Part shown: positions 8,801-18,962 of the stretch, piece by piece | Numbering within the stretch: the first letter of the stretch is position 1 | How the letters are laid out: the number at the start of each line of letters is the position of its first letter | Source: a virus | Virus record (IMG/VR): IMGVR_UViG_3300022856_000003 | Reading direction: 5' to 3' (one strand) | Length of the DNA stretch: 64,000 bases | Notes under the pieces: model-generated | What the model was told of the DNA's origin: nothing | Databases searched by the model: none | What the model saw: only the letters and a program-made list of their open reading frames with translations | Translations under genes and position numbers: made by a program

Positions 8801-10807
8801 ATGAATCAGGCCATAGCCGCGACTCGATTCCCGAATCTACTGAGCGAGTTTGTCTATACGAGGACCTACTCCAGATGGATGAACGAAGAGAGTCGTCGCG
8901 AGAAGTGGCCTGAGACCGTCACCCGGTACGTCAACTACGTCTGTGCGAAGCTCGAGTCTGCACCAGACGTGAGTGAAGCTCTGCTGTCTGAGACGAGGTC
9001 CGAACTCTGGAATGCCATCGTCAACATGGACACGCTCCCGTCGATGCGCGCCATGTGGTCGGCCGGGAAGTCGCTCGAAGCAGACAACTGCTTTGGCTAC
9101 AACTGCGCCTTCCTCCCCATCGATTCGGTAGTCAGCTTCACGGAGGCGCTCTACATCTTGATGTGTGGAACTGGAGTCGGGTTCAGCGTCGAATCCCAGT
9201 TCGTGAACAACCTGCCGAAGGTGTATGAACCCTCAGAGGGCTATGTCTCGACGTGCTTCACGGTTCCTGATTCGACCATCGGATGGAAGGAAGCATTCGA
9301 GTTCGGATTGATGACATGGTGGCAGGGCGGGGATGTGGTCTTTGACTACTCTCTGGTCCGAGAGAAGGGATCCATCCTCAAAACGAAGGGTGGACGAGCC
9401 TCCGGTCCTGAGCCTCTCAAGAAGCTCCTCGACTTTGCCCGGAAGATGATCATGGGTGCCCAGGGTCGACAGCTCCGTCCCATCGAGTGCCACGACCTGA
9501 TGTGCATCGTGGGTGAGGTCGTCGTCGTTGGTGGTGTTCGTCGCGCCGCTCTCATCTCCGTCTCAGATCCGTGGGATGTGGATATGCGCCACGCGAAGGA
9601 CTGGTCTGACGGAAAGACCTTCCCGTCGCTGCGGTACATGAGCAACAACAGCTCGTACTGGGAGGAACGACCGGAGCCGGAACTCTTCTGGCAGGAGTGG
9701 GTTGCACTCCAGAGGTCTGGCTCTGGTGAACGTGGCTTCCTCATCGACAACTTCCATCTGCGGTCCGACAGGCCAAAGGGTTCTTGTCGAACCAACCCCT
9801 GTGGTGAGATCGGGCTCCGCTTCAAGCTCTCCACGAACCCCTGGACGGGTGAAGGCGGTGGTGGCCAGTTCTGCAACCTGACAGCCACGGTGGTGCGCCC
9901 CTGGGACACTCTCGAGACCATGCTCGAGAAGGTGAGGCTCGCAGCCATCCTGGGGACGATCCAGGCGTCCTGGACCCACTTCCCGCACATCCGACCGGGC
10001 TGGGCCGAGACCTGCAACGAGGACCGCCTTCTGGGTGTCGACATCACGGGACAGTGCGACAACCCCACGCTCTGCAACGACCCCGAGTCCATGCGCCAAC
10101 TCAACCGGATGGCCATCGATACGAACATCGAGTGGGCCAGGCGACTCGGAATCAACGAGGCAGCGGCAGTCACCTGTGGCAAGCCAAGTGGGAACAGCTC
10201 TCAGCTTGTGAACTGCGCCAGTGGTTTTCATCACCGGTTCTCCAGCTTCTACTTCCGGCACGTCCGCATCAGCGCAGCCGATCCCCTGTTCTTGCTCGCT
10301 CGGGACTCAGGCATTCCCTACTACAAGGAGAATGGTCAGGAGGATCGCGCCGATGAGGATGTAGAGGTCTGGGTGGTTCGCTTCCCTGTGCGGGCACCAG
10401 AGGGATCTGTCCTTCGGAACTCAGAGACAGCCATCGAGCAGCTCGAGCGTTACCTTCACATCATGCGAACATGGTGCGGTGAGAAGGGTCACAACCAGTC
10501 GGCCACGATCTACGTCAAGGAACACGAGTGGGACGAGGTCGGCGCGTGGGTCTATGAGAACTTCGACGAAATCACCGGGGTCAGCTTCCTGCCATTCGAT
10601 GGCGGCAAGTACAACCTGGCCCCCTACGTCGAGATCACCGAAGCTGAGTACGAGATTGCCCAGGCAGAGATGCCGATCATCGACTTCGACATCCTGACCC
10701 TCTACGAGAAGGAGGACCGAGGGGAAGGTTCCACTGAACTCGCGTGCGTCGGCGGAAGCTGCGAAATCGATTTCGATAAGATGGCTATGGAGGCCACCGC
10801 TCAGTAG
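8801..10807 (+). CDS. nrdJ: class II (adenosylcobalamin-dependent) ribonucleotide reductase
   Basis: RTYSR, PSMR, NCAF, GGRASGPEPL, VGGVRRAALIS, catalytic TNPCGEI, KPSGN.SQL and C-terminal C-x4-C (ACVGGSCEI); no beta subunit adjacent. Confidence 0.93.
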   Translation: MNQAIAATRFPNLLSEFVYTRTYSRWMNEESRREKWPETVTRYVNYVCAKLESAPDVSEALLSETRSELWNAIVNMDTLPSMRAMWSAGKSLEADNCFGYNCAFLPIDSVVSFTEALYILMCGTGVGFSVESQFVNNLPKVYEPSEGYVSTCFTVPDSTIGWKEAFEFGLMTWWQGGDVVFDYSLVREKGSILKTKGGRASGPEPLKKLLDFARKMIMGAQGRQLRPIECHDLMCIVGEVVVVGGVRRAALISVSDPWDVDMRHAKDWSDGKTFPSLRYMSNNSSYWEERPEPELFWQEWVALQRSGSGERGFLIDNFHLRSDRPKGSCRTNPCGEIGLRFKLSTNPWTGEGGGGQFCNLTATVVRPWDTLETMLEKVRLAAILGTIQASWTHFPHIRPGWAETCNEDRLLGVDITGQCDNPTLCNDPESMRQLNRMAIDTNIEWARRLGINEAAAVTCGKPSGNSSQLVNCASGFHHRFSSFYFRHVRISAADPLFLLARDSGIPYYKENGQEDRADEDVEVWVVRFPVRAPEGSVLRNSETAIEQLERYLHIMRTWCGEKGHNQSATIYVKEHEWDEVGAWVYENFDEITGVSFLPFDGGKYNLAPYVEITEAEYEIAQAEMPIIDFDILTLYEKEDRGEGSTELACVGGSCEIDFDKMAMEATAQ

Positions 10808-10852
10808 CGGTGCTATAGTTGGTCAAACAGCGCAAGGTGCGCGAGGAAACAT

Positions 10853-11548
10853 ATGAGCAAGACTCCCATCGGTGAACGACATGCCCTAGACGCCTACGGA
10901 ACAGATCCGAGGTTTGCTCTAGCAATCTGTCGTCGTCTCGCAGACATCGGCCAGCTCTTCGATGGCGCTCGCGTTCTCGAACCCCATGTGGGTAAGGGGC
11001 CGTTCGTCCGTGCTCTTCGTCAGGTGGCGAGAGAACGCGAGTGGAAGTTCGACATCATGGTCTGTGACATCGACCCGAACGTCCCAGGGATGAAGTACGC
11101 CGACCAGTTCAAAGATGTCACGGCCATGCCCCCATGCGCGTTCCTTGAGTGGGCCGCAGAGTGGGAAGGTGAACCCTGGGATCTGGTTGTCGGCAACCCA
11201 CCCTTCTCTGTAGTGGAGCCGGGAAAGAAGCGAGGTCCTGTCGTGGCCCACCTCCACATCCAGGCAGCTCGAAAGATCGCGAAGGCGACATGCCTTGTCA
11301 CCCGTGTTGGGCTGCTGACGACCTCCGACGACCGGCCCTTCGCCCTTGAGGAGCCTCCGAACCATCGGTTCGATGCTTACCCGCGTCCGAGCTTCACGAT
11401 CCGTGGCACCGATGCCTGTGAGTATCTGGGTGGACTGTGGGATGACCGCATGGACCGAGTTCAGATCGCTGGTGTCGATTGCGCCACCTCTGAGATCCTC
11501 CAATGGAAGGAAATTGGCCGCTGGCCGAGGACTCTTCCGGGCGGGTGA
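10853..11548 (+). CDS. amino (N6A/N4C) DNA methyltransferase
   Basis: Motif I-like VLEPHVGKG and catalytic VGNPPF; RPSF motif seen in phage methyltransferases. Confidence 0.8.
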   Translation: MSKTPIGERHALDAYGTDPRFALAICRRLADIGQLFDGARVLEPHVGKGPFVRALRQVAREREWKFDIMVCDIDPNVPGMKYADQFKDVTAMPPCAFLEWAAEWEGEPWDLVVGNPPFSVVEPGKKRGPVVAHLHIQAARKIAKATCLVTRVGLLTTSDDRPFALEEPPNHRFDAYPRPSFTIRGTDACEYLGGLWDDRMDRVQIAGVDCATSEILQWKEIGRWPRTLPGG

Positions 11549-11563
11549 AATCGATTTCGCGTG

Positions 11564-11591
11564 TTGACTTAACAACTGCTTGCGATACAAT
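11564..11591 (+). promoter_or_regulatory. sigma70-like promoter
   Basis: TTGACT-16 nt-TACAAT, directly after a GAAATCGATTTC palindrome. Confidence 0.6.
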
Positions 11592-11626
11592 CTCCGGGTA
11601 CAGGCGAGGTGTCTGTCGGAGCAAAG

Positions 11627-12568
11627 ATGACCTCTCTTCTCACTCTCCCATATGACGAAAGAATTGCGAGTCGCAAAGAACTGGGAGGCCAGATCCTCGC
11701 AGTTCTCAAGCTCTTCAAGTTCCAGGAGATGGACGTACCGAACAACCGCGCTTTTAGACGGTCGCGGAATCTCGAAGCTCCTGGACGATGCTTCGTTCTC
11801 CCTCGGTCCTCTGGCTACTGCCACATCGTCTACTCGAACTTGGCCAATAGTGACATTGCCTTGAGACGGAAGGGCAACGGCTTGAACAAGCTTGAGTCGA
11901 AGCTGGAGATTTCTTTTGGGACTGAAACTAGCCCGTCAATGACTCGATCTGGTCCGGTCATCCTGCCTGGGTGGCTAACTCAGGACGGCAAGCTCAAGGA
12001 GGTCGGGACTAAGAAGAACGATCGCTATGTCCGAATGCTCAGTGTTGATCTGCTCCCTGTTTCTGAACAGGTGAAGAAGTTCGTCGAGAACCTCGAAGGT
12101 CACGACTGGCAACTACGCAATGGCTTCACTCACGTGCAAGCCTGCAAGAATTGCGGTTCTCCGATGTTCGTCGCGAAATCGAGTGGCCGTATGACCTGTT
12201 CCGACATCTGCTGGGAGTTCCCGAAGAGGAACGGTCTCGGAGGACCACCGGGTCCGAACCTCTACATGAAGGGTCTGACTGATCAGATTGAGTACGACCA
12301 CGAGGGACGTGTCGTCTACAACGACCATGAGGCGATCAAGCAGCAAAAGATGATGTACCTCGCGATTCGGACCGAGAGCAACATCCACCTCGGCGAGACG
12401 ACGCAGGATTTCCAGACTCGCGCTCTCGGTCTCTACGTCGTTGAGCACAGCAAAACCCCTCTGACGCCAGGCGACTGGCTAGAGGCGGCTCGACTCGCCA
12501 GGAGTCATGTCGCACCCATCACCACCACGGATGTCGAGAACCTTCTCTCAGACATCCTCTTCGATTGA
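11627..12568 (+). CDS. hypothetical protein with a Zn-ribbon (CKNC...CSDIC) and the C-terminal acidic tag
   Basis: ATG after GGAG; ends TDVENLLSDILFD. Confidence 0.65.
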   Translation: MTSLLTLPYDERIASRKELGGQILAVLKLFKFQEMDVPNNRAFRRSRNLEAPGRCFVLPRSSGYCHIVYSNLANSDIALRRKGNGLNKLESKLEISFGTETSPSMTRSGPVILPGWLTQDGKLKEVGTKKNDRYVRMLSVDLLPVSEQVKKFVENLEGHDWQLRNGFTHVQACKNCGSPMFVAKSSGRMTCSDICWEFPKRNGLGGPPGPNLYMKGLTDQIEYDHEGRVVYNDHEAIKQQKMMYLAIRTESNIHLGETTQDFQTRALGLYVVEHSKTPLTPGDWLEAARLARSHVAPITTTDVENLLSDILFD

Positions 12569-12582
12569 ATCAGGAGCCTTTC

Positions 12583-13182
12583 ATGTCCGGTATCAACATC
12601 CCCGAGTCCCTCTTTGCCAAGCACATCGCCAACTGCAACGGCAGTCGCACTGGTGCCACCATCCTCCTGTATCGACAGATGTCCGGGATGACGGCGAAGG
12701 ATCTGGGAGCCGCATCCACGCTCTCCCCCTCGACCATCCGTCGGCTCGAGCAAGGCAACGCGGTCAATGCACCCACCGTCGCCGCCGTCGAGGCTGGCCT
12801 GGGAATGGAGCCCGGTTCTATCCTGCGCGAGTACTTCGCCGAGCAGGATCTCAAGGTCACGGACCTCCCTGACGACATCCTCGCGATGGTGCTCGCGGAG
12901 CTGTCAAAGCAGGCGCTCGAATCTGTGAACCCGACCGACGACGCAGGACGCCCGTACAGCGACGAGGCCGTGAAGATCGTCACGTCGGTTCTCGAGCGCG
13001 CTGATCTCGAGGTGACTGAGCACTGGGCCAGTCGTGACGACCAGGAGACCATCTACGCCGACCTCCAGATCCTCATCGACGAGGAGAAGTTCTACAACCA
13101 CGAGTCGATCATCGACATGGTGATGGGGAACGTCACTGTGGTCGAAGCCAACGAGGTCGCTCCCGCCCAATCCCTGGCATAG
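12583..13182 (+). CDS. XRE-family helix-turn-helix regulator
   Basis: RQMSGMTAKDLGAASTLSPSTIRRLEQG is a typical XRE HTH; AGGAG RBS. Confidence 0.8.
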   Translation: MSGINIPESLFAKHIANCNGSRTGATILLYRQMSGMTAKDLGAASTLSPSTIRRLEQGNAVNAPTVAAVEAGLGMEPGSILREYFAEQDLKVTDLPDDILAMVLAELSKQALESVNPTDDAGRPYSDEAVKIVTSVLERADLEVTEHWASRDDQETIYADLQILIDEEKFYNHESIIDMVMGNVTVVEANEVAPAQSLA

Positions 13183-13250
13183 CCAGAGAACCCCCGTCCT
13201 GATACGGTGCCGAGGCCACGGTAGGTGGCAAAGGCAGACACGAGGTAGCC

Positions 13251-14078
13251 ATGAGTGAAGGCAAAGACAGTCCCGCATCTGCGGAGGGTCCTGACGACCC
13301 GAACAACGAACACCATCTCAACCCTCGACCGGCCTCTGGTAGCTATGAGTTGCCGTGCGGCTACGTCGACAGCGATGGCGAGCTTCACACACATGTGATC
13401 GTCAACGAATTGACGGGTGTGGAAGAGGAGCTTCTGGCTGGTCGTGGCGAGATCTTGTTCCGAATGAACAAGGTCATGGCCAACGCGGTACAGAACGTCG
13501 GGCCGCACCCTGCGACGATGGGCATCATCCACAAGCTCACGGTCGTCGACCGGTACTTCCTCCTCATCGCGCTTCGTCGAGCTTCTCTCGGTGACCGCTA
13601 CGAGGTTGAGGTCGTCTGTCCTTCGTGCAAGGTGAAGCACCGTCGCCACGCGGACCTGGGCTCGCTGCCTATCACGCCGATGGCTGATCCGAAGAAGCGC
13701 AACGTCACAGGGACGACGCCGAACGGGGCCGAGTTCACCCTCCACGTCATGACGGGCAAGGATGAGTTGTGGCTCTCGAAGGCGAAGAAGAAGCTCGACG
13801 GTCATGGGCTCATCACGCTCAACATGATCTGCCGCATGGACTCGTTCGACGGTGTGGAGATCTGCCGAGACATCAAGTCGAAGCAGGAGTTCCTCAGCTC
13901 TGTCAACCGCATCGCCCGCCTGGGTCTGCGTGACCGGAACGCTATCCGACAGGTGATCGACGAGGCCGAAGGCGACATCGACCTGAATCTCGAGTTCTCC
14001 TGCGATGAATGTGGAGAGGACTGGGAACGGGAGCTGGACTTGTCCTCGCGGGATTTCTTCTTCCCGTCGGCGACGTAG
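13251..14078 (+). CDS. baseplate hub/tail assembly chaperone (T4 gp26-like)
   Basis: ELTGVEEELL, DRYFLLIALRRASLG, CPSC...CDEC; located just before the tape measure. Confidence 0.75.
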   Translation: MSEGKDSPASAEGPDDPNNEHHLNPRPASGSYELPCGYVDSDGELHTHVIVNELTGVEEELLAGRGEILFRMNKVMANAVQNVGPHPATMGIIHKLTVVDRYFLLIALRRASLGDRYEVEVVCPSCKVKHRRHADLGSLPITPMADPKKRNVTGTTPNGAEFTLHVMTGKDELWLSKAKKKLDGHGLITLNMICRMDSFDGVEICRDIKSKQEFLSSVNRIARLGLRDRNAIRQVIDEAEGDIDLNLEFSCDECGEDWERELDLSSRDFFFPSAT

Positions 14079-14254
14079 TCTCCCTGGAGAGCGACCAGCT
14101 CTACTTGGTGGATCAGCTCCACTTGTCACCGACGGCGATTCGAGAAATGCCCTGGTCTAGGAGAAAGCGTCTCATCAACGAGCACGTCGAACTTGAACAG
14201 CTCAGGGCTCGCAAGCGAGAAGAGGCCATGCGTAAGGCTCGCCGTAGGAGGTAG
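14009..14254 (+). CDS. small gp51/gpT-like tail assembly protein in the -1 frame (start uncertain, possibly a frameshift product)
   Basis: LHLSPTAIREMPWSRRKRLI resembles small hub-assembly proteins; overlaps the upstream gene in the -1 frame. Confidence 0.55.
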   Translation: MWRGLGTGAGLVLAGFLLPVGDVVSLESDQLYLVDQLHLSPTAIREMPWSRRKRLINEHVELEQLRARKREEAMRKARRRR

Positions 14255-14263
14255 ACTGCCGAC

Positions 14264-17146
14264 ATGAAGCTAGGGATCGGATATCTCCTCGGAGCTGCGG
14301 ACAAGGGTGTCAAGAAGGCACTCAAGGTGGTCTTTGGTGGTCTGACCGATACCGAGGAAGCTGCCGAGGGTGCCACCCGTGAAAGCGGGAAGCTCCGCGA
14401 CATGCTCCTGGGGCTCCAGAGCCTTCAGCTTCATGACATCCGTGGGTCGCTCGACGACATCCGATCAGGAGCACAGGGCATCGCCTCTAGTGGCCTGGAC
14501 ACCGAGATCGAGTCGATGTTCGTCTCTTTCGATCAGGGCTTCGCATCGGCGGCTGTGCGCTCTGGAATCATGGGTGCTGAGTTGAAGTCGCTTGAGTCTC
14601 AGGTGTTCAGCACAGCCTTCGCGATGAACCGCAGTGCCGACGAGGTCGGGAACAACGTCCTCGCCCTGGAGAGGGCTGGATTGACGCTTGAACAGATTCT
14701 CGGTAAGGGCGGCACGATGGCCGACTACCAGAAGATGTTGGAGGTCACTGGGATGGAGGCTGGTTCCTTCACGTCCGTGTTCAACGACCTCAACAAGTCC
14801 TGGGGCTTCGGTGAGGAGGGCGCTCGCGACTTCTTCGATGCCTTCTCGAACCAGGCGGCAGTGCTCGGAATCGGAGAGGAGGCGTTCGGTGCTCTCCCTG
14901 GCATGATCACGGAGGTCGACAAGGCGTTCGCCCACCTAGACATGAAGCCTGCCGACATCCAGTCAGCGATGCTCGGGATCGCAAAGCTCGGCGCAGGACT
15001 CCAGGAAGCCATCGGTGAGGACCCGCAGGCGTCGATGCAGAAGGCGACTCAGATGTTCGCTGCCATCGCGGGAGAGGCTGCGACGTTCGACAAGATGATG
15101 GTCGGCATGGGCAGTGGCCTGGGCGACCTCACCAGTGAACTGACCTTCCTCGATGGAGGTCTTGACGGGACGCTCCAGCGGCTCTCGGATGGTGCGAAGG
15201 ATCCCGCCGTGTTCATGTCCGAACTCGGGAACACGTTCGCTGCTCTCGAGGCTGACGGCTCGGCGGCATCGAAGACCTTGAAGGACAGGCTGCTGCACAC
15301 GTTGACTGATCTTGACCCGAGCTTCTCGTTCATGGCACAGCAGGGCACAGACCTGACGACGATGTTCTCGACGATGACAAAGCAGGTTGACAAGAGCAGC
15401 GTGTCTTTGCGCGACATGAGCAACCAGGGCTACCGCTCCGGTCTGACTTTAGGCGAAGGTGTTGACCGCGCTCGCATGTCGATGGAACAGGCGTTCGGCG
15501 GTGCAACCCGCAAGGATCGCGAAGCCTTTGCTAGTTCCATGAGGAAGAGCTACGGGCTCGTTGGTACGACGATTCGGAACCTGACCGTAGACACCGAGGA
15601 GGCCAACAAGGCATGGCTGGAACAGGCGGCGGGCATGGGGCTCTCTGTGAAGGCCGCAGAGCGCCTCAAGGGTCCGCTGGGGTCCGTGGTCGAATACATG
15701 GGCATCTTCGCCTCTGCGGGCGTCCACGGCGTGCTGGTGAAGATGTTTGGGGAGGACTCGGCCATCGCTGCGGGGATCGGAGTCATGGCATCTGGATTCG
15801 CGAGTCTGGCGATGACCCTTCTGCCCATCGTGATCCTGCTCCGACCCATCGCCGGGCCAATCATCAAGGGTCTGGTGAAGAGTCTCGGATTCCTCACGAA
15901 GGCACTCATCAGGACCACCTTGCCTATCGGCTGGATCATCACGGCGATTAGCCTCTTGAGTCTGGCCATCAAGGGGAAGCTCGACGACGCCATCATCAGC
16001 GTGAAGGAAACCCTCGAGAACGCCTTCATCTGGATGGCCACGAAGGGAGCTGACCTGCTCAACCGCGTGACCGACTGGTTCTCGAACCTCGACGGAAAGA
16101 AGACCGCGTCGGCTGCGATGACGTGGATCAAGAGCACTATCGCTGGAATTTTCTCCGGGTTCGATCGCGAGATCAAAGGGAACCCGATGGTGAAGAAGGT
16201 GGCTGTCCAGTTCTGGAACGCGCTCAAGGGCGCTGTGATGGCTGGCGGCAGATTCGTCAGGGACTTCGCGTCCTCAGTCATCGGGAAGATGTCCAGTGTC
16301 GACTGGGGTGTCGCTGGCTACGAGATCGGGCAGAAGGTCACCGGGGCCATCATCAACTTCTTTTCCAAAGCCAAGAGCTTCGCGACTGAGATGGCTCCCA
16401 TCGTCTCCGACCTGATTGGGCAAGCCTTTGAGTTCGTGACCACCCCTGAGTACTGGGCCACCGCGTTTGGATACCTCTGGGAGGGTCTCAAGCTGGTCAT
16501 GAGCTACTCGGCTGGCATCGCAGAGTTCGTCGGTGGGATCTTCATGGGTATCGGACAGGCCGCGACCGACGCACTGTTCGGTGAAGGGACCTGGGCCGCA
16601 GGATGGAACGAGTTCTCCTATCAGATAGGCCGCGTGGCTACGTGGTTCACCGATCTGTGGGAGACCATCAAGGAGGGTGCGTTCAACCTGTTCGGGAACA
16701 GCATCAACACCTTCGTCGAACACGACTTCGGCAAGATCTTCGAGATCATCGAGACGGCGAAGGGCTGGTTCGGTGTCCTGGCTGATGTCGTCTCGGCTGT
16801 GTTCCGTGGAGTCGTGTCCGCCATTGGAGGATTCTTCGACCACTTCAAGCTCATCGGTGCGTTGGTCACGAAGTTGGCTGACAAGTTCGGCTTCAAAGCA
16901 GAGGACGCCGCTGTCGTCGTCAACTCGACCCCAGGTCAGAACACCAAGGGCACACAGGCGCTCGTGTCCCGTGCCGGTGACTCTGCACTCATCACGACGA
17001 TCATCGAGCAGCACACCCAGGACCGTCAGGTGCTCAACAAGATCCTGGCTCGTCTGGGAGCTTCTGCGGCTGCTGGTGCCGCTCCATCCGCAACTGTCTC
17101 TGGCTCGGCTAGCCCCTCTGCTCACGTCGCACAAGGTCTGCACTGA
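14264..17146 (+). CDS. tape measure protein
   Basis: 960 aa, Ala/Gly-rich and helical, with hydrophobic segments and periodic W/F; follows the chaperone genes. Confidence 0.85.
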   Translation: MKLGIGYLLGAADKGVKKALKVVFGGLTDTEEAAEGATRESGKLRDMLLGLQSLQLHDIRGSLDDIRSGAQGIASSGLDTEIESMFVSFDQGFASAAVRSGIMGAELKSLESQVFSTAFAMNRSADEVGNNVLALERAGLTLEQILGKGGTMADYQKMLEVTGMEAGSFTSVFNDLNKSWGFGEEGARDFFDAFSNQAAVLGIGEEAFGALPGMITEVDKAFAHLDMKPADIQSAMLGIAKLGAGLQEAIGEDPQASMQKATQMFAAIAGEAATFDKMMVGMGSGLGDLTSELTFLDGGLDGTLQRLSDGAKDPAVFMSELGNTFAALEADGSAASKTLKDRLLHTLTDLDPSFSFMAQQGTDLTTMFSTMTKQVDKSSVSLRDMSNQGYRSGLTLGEGVDRARMSMEQAFGGATRKDREAFASSMRKSYGLVGTTIRNLTVDTEEANKAWLEQAAGMGLSVKAAERLKGPLGSVVEYMGIFASAGVHGVLVKMFGEDSAIAAGIGVMASGFASLAMTLLPIVILLRPIAGPIIKGLVKSLGFLTKALIRTTLPIGWIITAISLLSLAIKGKLDDAIISVKETLENAFIWMATKGADLLNRVTDWFSNLDGKKTASAAMTWIKSTIAGIFSGFDREIKGNPMVKKVAVQFWNALKGAVMAGGRFVRDFASSVIGKMSSVDWGVAGYEIGQKVTGAIINFFSKAKSFATEMAPIVSDLIGQAFEFVTTPEYWATAFGYLWEGLKLVMSYSAGIAEFVGGIFMGIGQAATDALFGEGTWAAGWNEFSYQIGRVATWFTDLWETIKEGAFNLFGNSINTFVEHDFGKIFEIIETAKGWFGVLADVVSAVFRGVVSAIGGFFDHFKLIGALVTKLADKFGFKAEDAAVVVNSTPGQNTKGTQALVSRAGDSALITTIIEQHTQDRQVLNKILARLGASAAAGAAPSATVSGSASPSAHVAQGLH

Positions 17147-17463
17147 TGGCTAAGGTACGAACCAGCAGGCGGTCATTCCTTCGCAACTGCGAAGTGCAGG
17201 AGGAACAGGTTCTCGACACGGTGTTCACCTACTGGGAGATCTTCGAGCCGCCAGCCATCCTGGAGCAGGACGAGGACATCACCCACACCTGCACCGGTCA
17301 GGATCGGATCGACAGTCTCGCGAACAGGTACTACCAGGACTCGAGGCTCTGGTGGGTCATCGCTCAGGCCAATGACCTGGACGATCCCGTGTCATCCATG
17401 AAGGTCGGTCTTGAGCTGACGATTCCAAACCCTCGCTACGTGCTTGAGCGCGTGGCGGTGTGA
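17146..17463 (+). CDS. LysM-like baseplate wedge protein (gp53/tail X-like)
   Basis: DRIDSLANRYYQDSRLWWVIAQAN...G.ELTIP. Confidence 0.85.
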   Translation: MAKVRTSRRSFLRNCEVQEEQVLDTVFTYWEIFEPPAILEQDEDITHTCTGQDRIDSLANRYYQDSRLWWVIAQANDLDDPVSSMKVGLELTIPNPRYVLERVAV

Positions 17464-17484
17464 AATCGATTTCGTAGGTATCAG

Positions 17485-17688
17485 ATGGCCATGATCGCAG
17501 GAAAGGTTCTCGCTCGCACCGGTATGGCGGGAGCTATAGCTGACGCTCTTGAGACCACCTTCGGGAAGGGTTTCGACCCGAAGAAGTCAGAGAAGGCTCT
17601 TGAGGCTATCGCCACCGCCATCGTCATTTACATCCAGACAAATGCCGAGGTGGACTTGTCTGGTTCTGACCCGGCTTCGGTGGACTGA
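17485..17688 (+). CDS. small hypothetical baseplate-region protein
   Basis: 67 aa with ALEAIATAIVIYI; coupled to the next gene. Confidence 0.55.
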   Translation: MAMIAGKVLARTGMAGAIADALETTFGKGFDPKKSEKALEAIATAIVIYIQTNAEVDLSGSDPASVD

Positions 17689-18962
17689 TGCCGTTCATTG
17701 GAGTCCACGCATCCGCGAAGATCGTCTCGGTCGACGGCCAGAGTCTCGACCTCTGGGGTGAGGATCAGTCGTGGGTCACTGGTGTGAGCATTTCCTTCGG
17801 GATCGGCTTCATCACCACCATCACTGCGACCATCGACATGCCCTACAAGCAAGGGTTGGAGCTGTTGGAAAGCGGGTGGATTGACATCAAGAACTTCCTG
17901 CTCGTTCGCGTCGGGTACAGCAAGACGGGGTTCATGAGCCCGTGGTATTCGGGCATCCTCACGGCTCCCAACGTGTCTTTGAGCCCGAACGGACTCCAGG
18001 GCTCGCTGGTGTCTCATGGCGCTGCGGCTGTGGGAATGGTGAACGGAAGTGGGAAGACGTGGTCTGGCACGCCCTACGACGTGATTGAGGCGATGAAATC
18101 CAAATACGGATGGCACATCGACGACCCCCAGGGGAAGGCGAAGGAAATTCTCGAGGCCGAAGGCGACTGGAACGCCAGCCAGGCCAGGATGGATGACTGG
18201 TCGTTCGTCAAGGACATCTGCGAATCTCGTGGTGTACAGATGTGGGGCGGCAACGACAGCAAAGGTCGTGCTGGCTTGTCTCTGCGATCGACGAACGCCC
18301 AGCTCGCCTCTCAGCCTGTACGCACCTTCGTCATGATGGGTGGGTTCGATATCGCGAAGAATCAGTATCCAGTCATCAGCTTCAACGTCGAGACGGACCA
18401 GAAGTCCATCTTCGCCTCTGGCGCTACTCGCGGAACGCGGTTGATGTATCTGGACGACGAGGCAGAAGAGCAAGTCATCGAGTCCTCTCCGTCCGATTCT
18501 GTGGATCAACACTTGGGAGGGTCGACGACCCAAACAGGAACGTCTGACGGTCAGCAGGACCCCGACACTGGCGCGAAGAACGACGCCACCCCTGATGCGG
18601 GCGGTGCTGACGATGAGGGAGCTGGACTCATCCTCGCCGAGGCCCCAAACGGGGATCACCAGGCGTTCGTCGACGCTGTGGTTCAGGACGCTGAGACTGG
18701 GTTCCCTGGCGTGGTCGTATCTGTCACGACGATAGGCGTCCCGGTTCAATACCCAGCGGAGCTTGTGGGTCTTCGTGGTGCCTCGACGATGTTCGACGGG
18801 ACCTACATGGTGAAGAAGGTGGATCATCAGGTGAACGGCGGCGGCTTCGAGACGACCTGGACTGGCATTCGGAATGCTCTGACCTCTGGGTCGCTCCAGG
18901 ATGCCTCGAACCAGAACACGCTCGACCCGCTTGAGGACGGCGAGTCCGAGGAGGTGACGTGA
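17688..18962 (+). CDS. baseplate hub protein (gp27/late control D-like)
   Basis: DDWSFVKDICE and FDGTYMVKKVDHQVNGGGFETT; lies before the spike gene. Confidence 0.75.
   Translation: MPFIGVHASAKIVSVDGQSLDLWGEDQSWVTGVSISFGIGFITTITATIDMPYKQGLELLESGWIDIKNFLLVRVGYSKTGFMSPWYSGILTAPNVSLSPNGLQGSLVSHGAAAVGMVNGSGKTWSGTPYDVIEAMKSKYGWHIDDPQGKAKEILEAEGDWNASQARMDDWSFVKDICESRGVQMWGGNDSKGRAGLSLRSTNAQLASQPVRTFVMMGGFDIAKNQYPVISFNVETDQKSIFASGATRGTRLMYLDDEAEEQVIESSPSDSVDQHLGGSTTQTGTSDGQQDPDTGAKNDATPDAGGADDEGAGLILAEAPNGDHQAFVDAVVQDAETGFPGVVVSVTTIGVPVQYPAELVGLRGASTMFDGTYMVKKVDHQVNGGGFETTWTGIRNALTSGSLQDASNQNTLDPLEDGESEEVT

Noticed and set aside
8801-10807. Intein or intron in nrdJ
   Set aside because: The length (668 aa) and continuous motifs fit an uninterrupted monomeric class II RNR.
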